Shown here one piece after another: positions 25,619 to 32,921 of a stretch of 32,921 nt of DNA. The stretch lies in the NCBI GenBank assembly GCA_964016885.1, contig CAXHJY010001112.1, positions 1 to 32,921 of the forward strand, given 5' to 3'. Numbering within the stretch: position 1 is the first letter of the stretch; each line of letters begins with the position of its first letter. Source of the DNA: Eledone cirrhosa. Its lineage: Eukaryota. The position numbers were made by a program, and so were the translations under genes. The notes under the pieces are model-generated. The model did no database searches. It was given only the letters and a program-made list of their open reading frames with translations, and was not told the DNA's origin.

Positions 25619-25775
25619 GTATATATATATGTGTAAATGAAGTATTTCCGTCGGAAAAAAAAAAATATATATATATTACATACCGATATATATATATATA
25701 CTACATACCTATATTATATAATACATATATATATATGTATATATTATATATATACTACATACCTATATATATATA
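24695..25775. repeat. ~1-kb (TA)n array with TAATGTA/TAATGTGTA variant units
   Basis: Directly visible. Confidence 0.96.
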
Positions 25776-25987
25776 AATATATAATATGTGTAATGTAACA
25801 GTACCAACATCTAAATAAACTCGATATGAATTATATGAAAATAGAAAATATGAAGTAAAACAACTCATAACACGAAGACTTAGAAACATCGACAAAAACT
25901 CGAGAGTTTCACTGCAGACACAAACAAGACTCGCTAAAGTTTTTTGGTGAATATGAATCAGAAATGTATGATGACAAATATATATGC

Positions 25988-26023
<36 letters not shown>

Positions 26024-26442
26024 CACACATATCTATATACACATCCACAAACGTTTGTGTGTGTGTGTAGATGTATATATGAATGTTTATATATATACAT
26101 ATATACACACACATACATTTGTGTAGATGTATATATGTATATATATATATAAACGAAACAGAATGGTTATAGTCAGTTTAAAGGTCGTTGCCTGACTGCG
26201 TCATAGCATTTATACAAGAAAGTTGTATTTCGGAAAGTAGAGATTATAATAAGAACTACGATCAACGTTTTCGTTGAAACTTGTTATGACTTAGTCCAGA
26301 AGAAAGCAATGACTCAAATAAAATCTATGAAAAATCTGATTCCCTATTTATACCATTGTACATGCGATATGTAATTGCAATCATTTGGAATTAAAGCTCA
26401 CTCTGCAGTTCACAACATACACAATTATATATATAAATATAT

Positions 26443-26585
26443 ATGGGAAAAGAGTCAGAACCCCGTCGGCAGAGCTCAAGCCGTTTCGACAGCTATTTCT
26501 AGACTAAATTAAAATTTAATTTAGTTCAGAAATAGCTGTCGAAACGGCTTGAGCTCTGCCGTTGGGGTTCTGATTCTTTTCCTAT
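26443..26585. repeat. 143-bp near-perfect palindrome (fold-back/MITE-like)
   Basis: 71-bp arms 26443-26513 and 26515-26585 around a single central base at 26514; 6 mismatches, no indels. Confidence 0.95.
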
Positions 26586-26706
26586 TACCCACTCTACTAC
26601 CCATAGTATCGAGTACTCTGGTATGTTATATTCCATTTGGTCACTTACCACACTTCCTTCGTTATATATATATCTCTCAAGATAAATATATATATATGTA
26701 TATTTC

Positions 26707-26818
<112 letters not shown>

Positions 26819-27204
26819 CATATAATATGTTAATATACTACTGATAGAAATATAGTGTAGAATGTTAATCAGTGATTTCAGTTGATTCAAACCACGTTTA
26901 TGCATTAAAGAAAATATCTCATTAACATCAGCAATCTTATTAAAGCCCACTTTTGATGCGACAAATCCTATAACAGGACACTTGTATTTCCATATCTCGG
27001 AATTAGTTTTTTGTTCGACTGAAATATTAAAATAGATTATATATATGTATATATACGTATATATGTATTTATATATGTATATCCATTTGTGTGTATATAT
27101 ATGTATATACATGCATATATACGTGTATAAATATATATATGTATGTTCTGCGTATAAAATTATGGCACTGTTACTTACAGAAATGTAACCCTCTTTTTTT
27201 TCAG

Positions 27205-27370
27205 ATGCAGACGGCACAACATTCACGTACGAAGGTTTGAAAGAATGATATAAGAAAGGTTCCAAAATCCAGACCAAGATAGGATTCTCTTCGATGACCC
27301 TCTGTGTTAACTTTGTAAAATAAAGTGTGACCAAAGTCACAGGTTGACATTCAATAAAAGAAAAAAAACA
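27205..27370 (+). other. Candidate 3'-terminal exon of an unidentified transcript
   Basis: Strong acceptor CCCTCTTTTTTTTCAG| ending at 27204. All frames close within ~50 nt (e.g. xADGTTFTYEGLKE*). AATAAA at 27319 and 27353. Confidence 0.25.
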
Positions 27371-27493
27371 GTGTGTAAAGGAAACTTTACACGTATATTT
27401 TCGTTACAATTGTTTGGTGAACGCAGTGCGGGTGGAGGTGTCATCAGCGATAACTCAGTCCGGGACCAATAATACGCGTGTGTGTATATATAT

Positions 27494-27724
27494 ATCAAGC
27501 TGCATGGTGTGGAAGTTTTCAAGGAACATCTTGACACCCTGCTAAATAGGATCCCGGTTGAACGCACAGCTAGGCACGAGGGAAACGTAAGGGCAGCATC
27601 AACGAAATGCCACTTGCACCAGTGGCCAACCAATACAGGCCGGAGATGAAATGTGTAGCAACAAGGGCTGGGCCACAGCATGGCGTCAGCCGGATGTCTG
27701 GAACAGGTAAACAGTGAATAAATA
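27494..27724 (+). mobile_element. 5'-truncated CR1-like LINE 3' end (ORF2 C-terminus and 3' UTR)
   Basis: 27500-27649 translates LHGVEVFKEHLDTLLNRIPVERTARHEGNVRAASTKCHLHQWPTNTGRR*, matching the FKxxLDxxLxxIPDxP...RAAxSNSLxxQ end of invertebrate CR1-clade ORF2. A short UTR follows, ending in GTAAACAGTGAATAAA. Confidence 0.8.
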
Positions 27725-32525
<4,801 letters not shown>

Positions 32526-32921
32526 GATAGCTGTATAACAAAGTGCAGGGCAATAAAGATAGACGGTAGCCACGAATAGGCAGACCCAGAAAAACCTGGA
32601 TTGTGCTGATAAACTCCGACCTCACACACTTACACCTCACCTAGACAATGTCACTGGACCGAGACCTTTGGCAGTAATAGAGAAGACCCGCCTTACCTAA
32701 ATACATAGTAAAACCTACTACAGCCAGTAGGCATCTCTAACAAAATACACCCCCGTCCCACCACCCACACCCCATCCAAACCACCCCCTCCTATGTAAAG
32801 TTATGTTGGTGCCACAACATCCAGGCCGAAACAAATGAGATCGTGTAGGTGTCACGATAAAAAAACACAGTCCACACTGTAATGTGGCCGTGTAGGCAAC
32901 ACGGTAAAAACCTCCCAGTCC
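32526..32921 (+). mobile_element. 5'-truncated RTE-clade LINE 3' end (decayed ORF C-terminus and 3' UTR)
   Basis: [17 protein letters not shown] / [31 protein letters not shown] / EKTR across frameshifts matches the RTE C-terminal GxRxRGRPRKTW...DL......DRxxW motif. The downstream sequence is taken as 3' UTR running to the window edge. Confidence 0.8.

Noticed and set aside
25821-25950. Open stretch RYELYENRKYEVKQLITRRLRNIDKNSRVSLQTQTRLAKVFW
   Set aside because: No in-frame acceptor or start after the upstream stop; no recognisable motif.
27650-27724. Shared 3' tail between SINE family A and the CR1 or RTE fragments (partner LINE)
   Set aside because: No visible similarity between GGCCTTGTGCCTAAAGTAGAAACAATTA and either LINE 3' region present; the RTE end may lie beyond the window.

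Overview
Extremely AT-rich, repeat-saturated eukaryotic DNA, intronic or intergenic. The recurring tRNA-derived SINE and the LINE tails resemble octopus/coleoid cephalopod repeats; this is recognition from memory, not a database search. Much of the window is simple-sequence repeat: (TA)n arrays up to ~4.8 kb with variant interruptions, (CA)n, (GA)n, trinucleotide tracts and several minisatellites. Essentially all ORFs in the supplied track are translation artefacts of these repeats. The complex islands hold nine copies or fragments of one tRNA-derived SINE, one CORE-type SINE, 5'-truncated 3' ends of a CR1-like and an RTE-like LINE, and decayed Penelope-, RTE-endonuclease- and mariner-like remnants. 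They also hold a MITE-like element with 41-bp perfect inverted repeats, a 143-bp near-perfect palindrome and two weak exon candidates. No recognisable gene, RNA gene or CRISPR array was found, and I see no convincing new biological system. The most unusual signals are the fold-back structures at 7675-8013, 20930-21119 and 26443-26585.
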